From: a bacterium
GTDB taxonomy: Bacteria > UBA8248 > JACPRG01 > G963555815
Reading direction: 5' to 3'
Length of the DNA: 64,000 bases
NCBI GenBank assembly: GCA_965218795.1
Contig: OZ244653.1
Coordinates: 3,936,001 to 4,000,000, forward strand
Position 1 is the first letter of the stretch. Every line of letters begins with the position of its first letter. Below are positions 1 to 9,077 of this stretch, in pieces. The position numbers and the translations under genes were made by a program. The notes under the pieces were generated by a model, which was not told where the DNA came from, searched no databases, and saw only the letters and a list, made by a program, of their open reading frames with translations.

Positions 1-396
1 TTCGTCGGCAGTTCGGCGTTGGCGAAAGCCCTCGGCCCCGAGGGCAAAGGGGTCATCGTCACCCAGGTCGTACCCTTTCCCCACGACAGCCGGACCTCTG
101 TCGTGGCGCAATACCAGGAGGCGCTTCACGCCCTCGCTCCCAGCGCAATGCCCGGTTTCGTCTCGCTGGAGGGTTATCTGGCGGGTCGGGTGGCCATCGA
201 GGCGCTGCGCCGGGCGGGACCGACTCCGACCCGCGAGGGTTTCGTTTCCGCCCTTCAGAGGGCCGGGCCGATCGATATCGGTGGGTTCGAACTGCGCTAC
301 GGGAAATCCGACAACCAGGGATCCGACCGAGTGTACCTGACGGTGATCGATGACTCGGAGCGGTTCCGTTCTATCAGACGCCTGGAGCGACGTTGA
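1..396 (+). CDS. Periplasmic binding protein, LIV/branched-chain family (C-terminal part, runs off window)
   Basis: VTQVVPFP...SLEGY...GSDRVYLT pattern; stop overlaps next start. Confidence 0.75.
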   Translation, partial: FVGSSALAKALGPEGKGVIVTQVVPFPHDSRTSVVAQYQEALHALAPSAMPGFVSLEGYLAGRVAIEALRRAGPTPTREGFVSALQRAGPIDIGGFELRYGKSDNQGSDRVYLTVIDDSERFRSIRRLERR

Positions 397-2555
397 GGTT
401 CGGAGACTTTCTGAAGGGTCTTCGCGGCCGGAGGATCGGCCTCGGCCCCAAGATCCACGCTGGACTCGGTGTCGGGGTGACGTTGATGCTCGCGGCCAGC
501 GTGGTCGCCCTGCTGTCCTTCCGAGCCGTGCGCGATTCGCAGCGCCGCATCATCGAAGAGAGTGTGCCGAGCCTGACGGCGGCCATCCGAGCCGCGCAGC
601 AGGGTTCGGCCCTGGTCAACGCCGCTCCTCGCTTGATCTCTGCCTCGTCCAACGAAGAACTCGAGAAGATCAAGGCGGCGGTCGCGACCGACAAGGAGCT
701 TCTGTACAGCCTCATCGAGGATCTCCGGGAGCTCGACTCTCTGGAAGAACAGGCCCGTGCGCTCCGGTCGATCTCCGACGATCTGACCGCGACGCTGGAG
801 AACATCGAGGCGTCCACTTCGCGGCGGCGCGAGATGGAGCGACGCCTGCAAACCCGCGAGGAAGAAATCCCGGCCATGACCCGGCAGATCGACCGTATCC
901 TGGGGCCCGAGATCGACGACCAGGCGTTCTTTCTCGCCACGGGACTTCGGGAGCTCGGAGACCGACCCGTGCAGATCGCCGAGCGGACGTCGTACGAGGA
1001 GTTGCTGCGTTATCGAAATCTGCTGACCTTGCACACCCAGGCGAATCTTGCCGCTCGGTTGCTCGCGGAAGCCGGGGTCGTGAACGACCGGGATTTGATC
1101 CAGCCGCTCCGGGAGCGCTACAACGCCGCTATCGGATCCTTTGATCGCGCGTTTCGCTCCGCGCACCGACCCGCCCTGACTCAGTTACTGGGCCTGGAAT
1201 TCGCGCGCCTCAAAGCGCTGGGCGACGGCTCCTCCGAAGGGATCTTCGGCCTGCAGGAGGGCATCTTGAGGGAAGCGGAACTGCAGGAGCGGTACGTCGA
1301 AGAAAACCGGGCGGCCGCGACCCGCCTGCTGACGGCGATGGATCGGGTGGTGGTCGTGACCGACATCCTGGCGACCGAGGCCGGCAACGCCTCCGAGTCG
1401 GCGGTGAACACCGGCATGCTGTTGCTGCTGGTGCTCAACATCATCAACATCACCGTAGGGATTCTGATTGGCTGGCTCTTCGTGGGCCGCCACTTGGTCC
1501 GACGCCTGACCGGGTTAGCCGCTTCCATGCGTTCGATGGCGGACGGAAACCTCGAGGTTCCGGTCACGGTTCGGGGCAACGATGAGGTGACCGACATGGC
1601 CGAAGCGCTGGAAGTGTTCCGGCGCCACGCCCTCGAGGTGCAACGCCTCAATCTGGTCGAGAAACTCGCGGATGAGCTGAAGGGGAAAAACAAGGAGCTG
1701 GAACAGACGCTCGAGGATCTGAAGACGGCGCAGGCCCAAGTGATCGTCCAGGAGAAGCTCGCCTCTCTGGGGCAGCTCACCGCGGGCATCGCGCACGAGA
1801 TCAAGAACCCTCTCAACTTCGTGAACAACTTCTCCGAGGTCTCAAGCGAATTGATCGAGGAAGTCCGCGAAGTGCTTACGGAAGCGGGTGACGGCCTTCC
1901 CGAAGAAGCGCGGGAGGAGATCGGCGAGATTCTCAACGACTTGAACGGCAATCTCGAAAGGATCAGGCAACACGGCGGGCGCGCCGACGGCATCGTGCGC
2001 AGCATGCTCGAGCACTCGCGCGGCCAGTCCGGCGAGCGGCGGCCTGTCGATCTGAACGCGATGGTCAAGCAGTACGCGGGGCTCGCCTACCATTCCATGC
2101 GTGCAGCCGACCAGATGTTCAACGTGGCGTGGGAAGAAGACTTCGACCCCGAGGTGGGCGAGATCGAAGTCATTCCTCAGGATATGAGCCGCGTTTTCCT
2201 CAATTTGATCACCAACGCCTGCCAGGCGACGGCCGAACGGTTCGCGAAATCCGCCGGCGATTACGAGCCCCACATCCGGCTGTCGAGCCGGCGGCTGGGA
2301 GACCAGGTGGAGTTCCGGGTTCGAGACAACGGACCCGGTATTCCGGACGATGTGGTTTCGAAGATTTTTGAACCTTTTGTCACCACGAAACCCGCAGGGG
2401 AGGGGACCGGACTCGGGCTGTCGCTGTCTCAAGACATCATTGCCCAGCACGGCGGGGCAATCGGCGTCGAAACCGAGCCAGGCTCGTTCACGGAGTTCTG
2501 CGTGACCATTCCCGTCGAATCCCCTGGCGTCGGCGCGACAACCCGCGCTCTGTGA
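393..2555 (+). CDS. Membrane sensor histidine kinase (periplasmic helical sensor, HAMP, HisKA, HATPase)
   Basis: Two TM segments, H-box AHEIKNPL, N-box NLITNA, DNGPG, GTGLGL. Confidence 0.92.
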   Translation: MRFGDFLKGLRGRRIGLGPKIHAGLGVGVTLMLAASVVALLSFRAVRDSQRRIIEESVPSLTAAIRAAQQGSALVNAAPRLISASSNEELEKIKAAVATDKELLYSLIEDLRELDSLEEQARALRSISDDLTATLENIEASTSRRREMERRLQTREEEIPAMTRQIDRILGPEIDDQAFFLATGLRELGDRPVQIAERTSYEELLRYRNLLTLHTQANLAARLLAEAGVVNDRDLIQPLRERYNAAIGSFDRAFRSAHRPALTQLLGLEFARLKALGDGSSEGIFGLQEGILREAELQERYVEENRAAATRLLTAMDRVVVVTDILATEAGNASESAVNTGMLLLLVLNIINITVGILIGWLFVGRHLVRRLTGLAASMRSMADGNLEVPVTVRGNDEVTDMAEALEVFRRHALEVQRLNLVEKLADELKGKNKELEQTLEDLKTAQAQVIVQEKLASLGQLTAGIAHEIKNPLNFVNNFSEVSSELIEEVREVLTEAGDGLPEEAREEIGEILNDLNGNLERIRQHGGRADGIVRSMLEHSRGQSGERRPVDLNAMVKQYAGLAYHSMRAADQMFNVAWEEDFDPEVGEIEVIPQDMSRVFLNLITNACQATAERFAKSAGDYEPHIRLSSRRLGDQVEFRVRDNGPGIPDDVVSKIFEPFVTTKPAGEGTGLGLSLSQDIIAQHGGAIGVETEPGSFTEFCVTIPVESPGVGATTRAL

Positions 2556-2730
2556 GCGCATTCGCCGGCACGCCGGGTGGAAGGACCCTGCGTGGATCAC
2601 CGCCCCTCGTCCGCCTTGCGCCGGCTCTTGTCATCCGGCGCATGGAGAAGGGGCGGCGCGCGATGGGGTATTGATTGATGCGCGCCCGGGTTGAGAATAT
2701 GCATCGACTCAACGCGAATGGGAGGCGGGC

Positions 2731-4245
2731 GTGAACAGGGGCGGGAACGAACCGGGGACATCCGGTCACGACGGCGTCGATCGCCCCGGGGCGGCGGCCG
2801 GAGGACTTCCCGCGGCGCTCGCAAGATACGACCTGGATCCGAACTTTTACGACGAAATGTTCGAACCGGACGGGAGCCCGCGCGAGGCGTCCCGGCGGCT
2901 GAGCGCGGCGCTGGCTGAACTGGCGCCCGAGGATCTCGCGAAGCTCCAGGACGGGGTCTACCGACGCTTTCTGTACGAAGGCATCACCTTCACGGTCCTC
3001 GGCGCGGACGAAGTCACCGAACAGATCATCCCGATCGACTGCGTTCCTCGACCGCTGAAGGCAGCGGAGTGGGACTACATCGAGCGCGGACTCAAGCAAC
3101 GCCTCGCCGCTCTCAACTTGTTCATCCGGGACGTCTACCATGAGGGCCGATCCCTGCGGGACAAGGTCATACCCGCCGATCTGGTGCTCGGCTGCCCGCA
3201 GTACCGCATCGAGATGCGCGGGATGGAGGTTCCGCACGACGTCTACGTCGCGGTCTGTGGAACCGACATCGTGCGCACGCACGATGGATTCGCGGTCCTC
3301 GAGGACAACTTGCGCGTCCCGTCCGGGGTGTCCTACATGCTCGCCTGCCGCAACGCGATGAAGAGCGCGTTCCCGAAGCAATACCGGGCGCACCGGGTGC
3401 GGGAAGTGGCCGATTACACCGAGCGCCTTTATTCCACGCTCGCTTCTCTCGGCCCCTCGTCTCGGAGCCCGCGTGTAGCGATATTGACCCCCGGCATGTA
3501 CAATTCCGCCTACTACGAACACGCCTTTCTCGCCGGCGAGATGGGCATCGATCTCGTGGAAGGGCGGGACTTGATCGTGCGCGACGCCGCGCTGTACGCG
3601 CGCACGACGGCCGGGCTTCGCCGTATTGACGTGCTCTACCGGCGCATTGACGATGACTTTCTCGATCCGGTGACATTTCAGAGCGATTCGGTCCTCGGGG
3701 CCGCGGGGATGTTCCACGCCTACCGCGCGGGCAACCTCGTGCTCGCCAACGCGCCGGGCACCGGGGTGGCCGATGACAAGAGCCTGTACGCCTACGTTCC
3801 GCGAATCATTCGTTACTTTCTCGGCGAAGAGCCGATCCTGGACAACGTCGAAACGCACCTTTGCCGGGAGCCCGAGGGATTGGCCTATACGCTCGAACAC
3901 CTGGACGAGTTGGTGGTCAAGGAAGTCGGCGGAGCGGGCGGCTACGGGATGCTGGTCGGGCCCCATGCCTCGGCCGCCGAGCGCGCGAAGTATGCCGAGC
4001 GGCTGCGCGCCGATCCGGCGAATTTCATTTCACAACCGGTGCTCGCCCTGTCTCGCGCTCCGTGCTTTGTTGACGGATCTCTCGAGCCGCGCCACGTGGA
4101 TCTTCGCCCCTTCGTGCTGCAGGGCCGCGACGGAGCGCATGTGGTTCCGGGCGGGTTCTGCCGGGTTGCGCTCCGCCGCGGCAGCCTCGTAGTGAATTCC
4201 AGCCAGGGGGGCGGCTGCAAGGACCTCTGGGTGGTGGACGGTTAG
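2731..4245 (+). CDS. Circularly permuted type 2 ATP-grasp protein
   Basis: EDNLRVPSGVSY, YRRIDDDFLDP, GSLVVNSSQGGGCKD motifs. Confidence 0.92.
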   Translation: MNRGGNEPGTSGHDGVDRPGAAAGGLPAALARYDLDPNFYDEMFEPDGSPREASRRLSAALAELAPEDLAKLQDGVYRRFLYEGITFTVLGADEVTEQIIPIDCVPRPLKAAEWDYIERGLKQRLAALNLFIRDVYHEGRSLRDKVIPADLVLGCPQYRIEMRGMEVPHDVYVAVCGTDIVRTHDGFAVLEDNLRVPSGVSYMLACRNAMKSAFPKQYRAHRVREVADYTERLYSTLASLGPSSRSPRVAILTPGMYNSAYYEHAFLAGEMGIDLVEGRDLIVRDAALYARTTAGLRRIDVLYRRIDDDFLDPVTFQSDSVLGAAGMFHAYRAGNLVLANAPGTGVADDKSLYAYVPRIIRYFLGEEPILDNVETHLCREPEGLAYTLEHLDELVVKEVGGAGGYGMLVGPHASAAERAKYAERLRADPANFISQPVLALSRAPCFVDGSLEPRHVDLRPFVLQGRDGAHVVPGGFCRVALRRGSLVVNSSQGGGCKDLWVVDG

Positions 4246-4266
4246 TGGGGAGAGTGGGTTCGGGTC

Positions 4267-5250
4267 ATGCTGGCGCGCGTAGCTGCTGACTTTTACTGGA
4301 TGGGCCGCTATGTCGAACGCACCGAGCATACGGGGCGGCTTCTCCAGTATCAGCTCAACCGGCTCGTCGACCGTCCGGCCGATGAATTGGCCATCGAGTG
4401 GCGGGCGGTGTACCGAGCGCTCGGACAGTCTCCGCCCGGCGTGTCCGCGGATCCCGACGAAGCCGAGACCTACCTCATGGTCGATGCCTACACGCTCGCC
4501 GGCAGCCTTGTCGAAGAGGGTTCGAATCCGGCCTCGATGCTGTCGTGCTGGGAGCGGACGCGTGAAAACGCCCGGCACGTGCGACCGCAGCTCCCACTAC
4601 CGGTATGGACCTGTCTAAACCAGGGTTATCTCTGGATGCGGGACAGTGACTTCGCCGAAGCGTGGTCGAAAGGGCCGGCCGCGCTCGTGCGCGAGGCGAT
4701 CGACCGGCTGCGGCTGTTCGCCGGCGTAGTGGATGCGGTGATGTACCGGGACGACGCGTGGCGCTTCCTCGAACTCGGCCGTTTTGTGGAACGGACGCAA
4801 GCTCAGGCCGCGCTCCTCGACGCCTGGACCGAAATCGGTCGGGGGGATCAGGCCGCCTCGTCGCTTTCGTGGGCGGATCTGCTCCGTGTGTGCGGAGCGT
4901 ACGAAGTCTACTGCCGCAGCCGCTCGATGGAAGTTCACCGGGAAGCGGTGCTCCACCTTCTCATCCGGGACCCTGAGCTTCCCCGCTCGCTTCGCTTCGC
5001 GGTTCAGCGGATTGGCGAGATGCTTGCCGGTATCGACCCGGTGGGCGCCCGTTCCCCCCTCGCGCCGCCCCATCGAATGGCGCTGCGCCTTGCAGCGGCC
5101 ATCGAGGTTGAAACGACAGGGGCGCCCGCAGAAGGAGAAAGGGACTCGAGCGACTTCTTTCGCTCCATAGGGAATGACAGTCGGGCGCTCCACGATCTGA
5201 CGATGGCCGCCTATGTCGACTATTCGTTGGCGGAAGGGCTTCCGGCGTGA
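4267..5250 (+). CDS. Alpha-E domain protein (DUF403)
   Basis: MLARVA..YWMGRYVER, ARENAR-like, LGRFVER, PRSL motifs; operon context. Confidence 0.9.
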   Translation: MLARVAADFYWMGRYVERTEHTGRLLQYQLNRLVDRPADELAIEWRAVYRALGQSPPGVSADPDEAETYLMVDAYTLAGSLVEEGSNPASMLSCWERTRENARHVRPQLPLPVWTCLNQGYLWMRDSDFAEAWSKGPAALVREAIDRLRLFAGVVDAVMYRDDAWRFLELGRFVERTQAQAALLDAWTEIGRGDQAASSLSWADLLRVCGAYEVYCRSRSMEVHREAVLHLLIRDPELPRSLRFAVQRIGEMLAGIDPVGARSPLAPPHRMALRLAAAIEVETTGAPAEGERDSSDFFRSIGNDSRALHDLTMAAYVDYSLAEGLPA

Positions 5251-6146
5251 TCGCGCGCTACGCCATCGAGCACACCATCGGGTTCGACTATGCCGCGCCG
5301 GTGCACGCCTCGATGATGACGCTGTACCTGTGTCCGATCCGCGACCGCACCCAGGTCGTCCGGGCGTTTTCCGTTCACACCGATCCGGATGGTCCGCTGT
5401 TCGAATTCACTGATCCGTTCGACAACATCGGCCACTTCCTGGATCGTCCCCGCGCCCACGAGCGGCTCGGCATCGCGGCCCGGTCGACGGTGGAGGTCGG
5501 GCCGTTGGCGCCCGGGCCGGACCGGCTCGGCCCCGGCGGGTGGGAGGCCCTTCGCCGCGCCGTGGAAGCCCCGGATCTTTGGCTGATGACGCACCCGAGT
5601 CGCTTTGTTCGCTCCGCCCCGGCCCTGGAGAAGTTCATGGCGGCGCACGATCTTGGCCCAGGCGACGATCCGCTCGTGAGCGCGCGAGAGCTTTGCGCGA
5701 AGCTCTATCGGGCGTTTGAATACGTCCCGGGCAGCACCGAAGCCGACTCGTCGATCGAACGCATTCTCGAGACCGGCCAGGGGGTTTGCCAGGACTACGC
5801 GCACGTCATGGCTTCGATCCTGCGCGCCTGGGGGGTTCCATGCCGTTATGTGTCGGGCTATCTCGGGCCTCTCGCCGGCGGCGTGGCAAGAGGCGAGAGC
5901 CACGCCTGGGTGGAATGCTGGTTTCCCGGCATCGGGTGGATTGGGCTCGACCCGACCAATGACACCGAAGTGGACGAGCGCCATGTTCGGGTGGCGGTGG
6001 GTCGGGACTATGCCGATGTTCCGCCGGCCCGGGGCGTTTTCCGGGGAGACGCCGATTCCGCGCTGGAAGCCACCGTGGTCATGGAGCGGTCTCCGGAAAG
6101 CCCGGACCCGACGAACGGCGAGCCCGCGGGGGGTGACGCGCGATGA
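5247..6146 (+). CDS. Transglutaminase family protein
   Basis: GVCQDYAH, RYVSGY, SHAWVE, DPTN, GRDYADV. Confidence 0.92.
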   Translation: MIARYAIEHTIGFDYAAPVHASMMTLYLCPIRDRTQVVRAFSVHTDPDGPLFEFTDPFDNIGHFLDRPRAHERLGIAARSTVEVGPLAPGPDRLGPGGWEALRRAVEAPDLWLMTHPSRFVRSAPALEKFMAAHDLGPGDDPLVSARELCAKLYRAFEYVPGSTEADSSIERILETGQGVCQDYAHVMASILRAWGVPCRYVSGYLGPLAGGVARGESHAWVECWFPGIGWIGLDPTNDTEVDERHVRVAVGRDYADVPPARGVFRGDADSALEATVVMERSPESPDPTNGEPAGGDAR

Positions 6147-6582
6147 CGTTCGCCTGCAAGGCGGCCGTCCGGCTCCCGCCGCAAGCGCATTAAGACAAGC
6201 CGCCGAGGGAGGGGGAGAAGCGGAACGACAAGACCCGTTTGGAGGTTCGTGCGCGCTTGGTTGAAGGGCAACGAGGAGGAGAGGAACGCGGGCAAAGACG
6301 TTGGACGGGCGCAGGCATGCCGCCGCCCCGAAACCCGTCGCATGATCCCGAACGATCTCTTGAACAGGCCGCCTGAATAGTGTAAAGGTTCCTGTTCTGT
6401 GGCGGACGAGGCAGTATCGGCATGAACGACCGCGACCGGTCTCAAATATCCGGTGTCACCCGCGGCCGCGAGGATGGGCCGTTATGGCCGGTCGATTGAC
6501 CAGCGTGGGACCCTTGACATACTTTAGGGCGCATCCGTCTTGAGGGCGTGCATCTGGATCAATGATGAACTCGGAGATAAGC

Positions 6583-7998
6583 ATGAACATCAATGGATAC
6601 GTACCAGGCGCTTGCGGTCACGGCGGCGTTGTTCGCCGCACGGTGGCAGCCGGAGGACTTCTCGCGGCATTCGGCCTCTTGTTGTTCGCGACCAACGCGA
6701 ATGCAGATGTCGGGGAAGAATCGAAATTCATACTGAACACCTTCTCGTTTCTCATCTGGGGAGCGCTCGTCATGTGGATGAGCGCGGGCTTCACCATGCT
6801 CGAAGCCGGCTCGGTGCGCACCAAGAACGTCTCCATGATCTGTCTCAAGAACGTTGGCCTCTATTCGATCGCGGGGCTCTGCTATTACTTCATCGGCTAC
6901 AACCTCATGTACGTCGATGTGGGCGGCTGGATCGGCAAGATCGCCTTCCTCTATGGCCCTTCGGCCGATGAAATCGCCTTGTTATCCGGCCAGGAAGGGG
7001 CGAAGGCGGCCGTCCTCGAGACCGGCTATTCCACCATGTCGGACTGGTTCTTTCAGATGGTCTTCGTAGCGACCGCCGCCTCGATTGTTTCCGGCACCCT
7101 GGCCGAGCGGGTGAAGTTCTGGTCGTTCTTTCTCTTCATCGCCGTGCTGACGGCCATCGTCTATCCAATCGTCGGCGCCTGGACGTGGGGCGGAGGGTGG
7201 CTCGGCGATTTGGGTTTCAAGGATTTCGCCGGCTCCACCATCGTGCACTCAACCGGCGGCTGGGCCGCGCTCGCGGGCGCGATCATCGTGGGGCCGAGAA
7301 GGGGCAAATTCCGGCGCGACGGCAGCGTCAAGCCCACGCCGCCCTCGAATATCCAGTCCGTAACCTTGGGCGTCTTCATCCTGTGGTTCGGGTGGTTCGG
7401 CTTCAACGGTGGATCGCAGCTCGCCCTGGCCGGCGCGATGGATGCGGTGGTGATAAGCCATCTGTTCGTGAATACCAATCTAGCCGGGGCCGCAGGGGTC
7501 CTGGCCGCCCTCATCACAGCACGCCCCATCCTCGGGCGGATCGATCTGCTCGCGGGTCTCAACGGCGCACTCGGGGGTCTCGTTGCGATTACGGCGGGAC
7601 CGGATATGGTTGACCACTATTGGGCGGTCATCATCGGCGGGATCGGCGGGGTCGTGTGCGTCGCGGGCATGAAGCTGTTGGATGCTCTGAAGGTGGATGA
7701 CGTGGTCGGCGCGATTCCGGTCCATCTGTTCGCCGGTATCTGGGGGACGCTTGCGGTGTGCATAACGTCCGACAGCCGCTTCGGCGTACAGATCATCGGG
7801 GTGCTCGCGGTGGGCGTGTTCGTGTTCGCGGTTTCGTGGCTCGTGTGGATGGTTCTGAAGAAGATTCTGGGGGTCCAGGTCTCGGACGCCGTCGAGGCGC
7901 TCGGTCAGGACGCGGCGGAGCTCGGGATCGAAGCCTATCCCGAGTTCATGCTCATGCCCGATCCGGACGACCTTGACGAACTCCGTGACGACGCCTGA
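6583..7998 (+). CDS. amt: Ammonium transporter
   Basis: FFQMVF, DFAGSTIVH, WFGWFGFN, DDVVGAIPVH twin-His; ATG after GGAG chosen as start. Confidence 0.95.
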   Translation: MNINGYVPGACGHGGVVRRTVAAGGLLAAFGLLLFATNANADVGEESKFILNTFSFLIWGALVMWMSAGFTMLEAGSVRTKNVSMICLKNVGLYSIAGLCYYFIGYNLMYVDVGGWIGKIAFLYGPSADEIALLSGQEGAKAAVLETGYSTMSDWFFQMVFVATAASIVSGTLAERVKFWSFFLFIAVLTAIVYPIVGAWTWGGGWLGDLGFKDFAGSTIVHSTGGWAALAGAIIVGPRRGKFRRDGSVKPTPPSNIQSVTLGVFILWFGWFGFNGGSQLALAGAMDAVVISHLFVNTNLAGAAGVLAALITARPILGRIDLLAGLNGALGGLVAITAGPDMVDHYWAVIIGGIGGVVCVAGMKLLDALKVDDVVGAIPVHLFAGIWGTLAVCITSDSRFGVQIIGVLAVGVFVFAVSWLVWMVLKKILGVQVSDAVEALGQDAAELGIEAYPEFMLMPDPDDLDELRDDA

Positions 7999-8453
7999 AC
8001 GGCGTCGCGCGCCGCATCTCAGCCCGCCGGCCCGGTCGAGGGACGGGCCTTGAGGTCCATACGCAACCGTGCCGCCGTTTCTCGCCGCGGGGAGGAGTCA
8101 TCCGGGAAATCCCGGATCCTGAGTTCTCTCGTTGACGCCCGGACGTCCAGTCGAAAAAGGGGAGGGCGGACCCGTGAGGAAGTGCACCTGATTTCCTCCT
8201 TGTGGTCATGTCGGGACCGGTAGGCGGTCGTGGCGGCGTTATAAGCAGGAGGCGGCGAGAACATCCGGCGGGGTCGTTTCTCTGCATCCGTGTTTCGTCG
8301 CCCGGCCGGATACGAAAGCGTGAGCGGCACGCGGCTGGCTTCCACCAGCAGGTTTGTAAAATCCAAGAAAATCAGAATGCTCCACGACCATCCTTTTTGT
8401 ACGCATTTGTGGTATCTTGGATCTAATGCCGCGTGAAGCGCGGCGCCGATTCT

Positions 8454-8570
8454 GGGGACACCCTACTGAATGATTGACTCTCGGATTGGTGCGCCCTCTG
8501 CTGAAACCATGCAGGGGCAGGCTCTCGATCATTCCTGTCCCCGAAGGCTTGAGTCGGGGGCGGGAATGAC
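8454..8570. repeat. Cluster of dispersed palindromic (REP/RPE/dRS3-like) elements
   Basis: 8454-8478 matches reverse complement of 41254-41278 (24/25); 8493-8525 is an inverted copy of 14623-14655; TCATTCC...GGAATGAC palindrome. Confidence 0.7.
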
Positions 8571-9077
8571 AGGGTGCGGCGGAAATCGTGAATCCGAAGC
8601 GCACCGACCCGCCGACCCGGCATCCTCGCACACCGCACGCCAGCACGTCGTATGTAGCCGATCGGAAATAGCGGAACAAATATCATTGCAAATAGCTTGG
8701 AAAAACGGCCGATTATCCGGCGTGAAATGGCCCGTAAATGGTCAGGAAAAGGGGCTGAAACAGACGGGCTTTGAACCCCTCCACTCGATTGCAGATTGAT
8801 CGGCCACGTCAGGCTTCCCCCCTCCAGGGTATCGCGTCAGCCGTGGCCCGATATATTGTGTCCCGACGACCGAACCGACGATGGGACGCCGGTTGACGCT
8901 TCCATCGCCACCGGCTCTCAGGCGCGCGCCCATGTTCTGTGCACCTCTCCATGAAGTGAACATAGAGCGAACGAATTTGACAGGGGCCATATTGCTACTT
9001 CCGGCTTCGAATGCCTCGTCAGTCGCGCTCCAATGTTGGAACAATGATTTCTACCGTGAGACAGCGACCGCGTACGG

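Noticed and set aside
2690-2713. GTTGAG...CTCAAC palindrome upstream of the ATP-grasp gene
   Set aside because: Single short occurrence, not seen upstream of amt or the GS genes; no sigma54 motif recognised.
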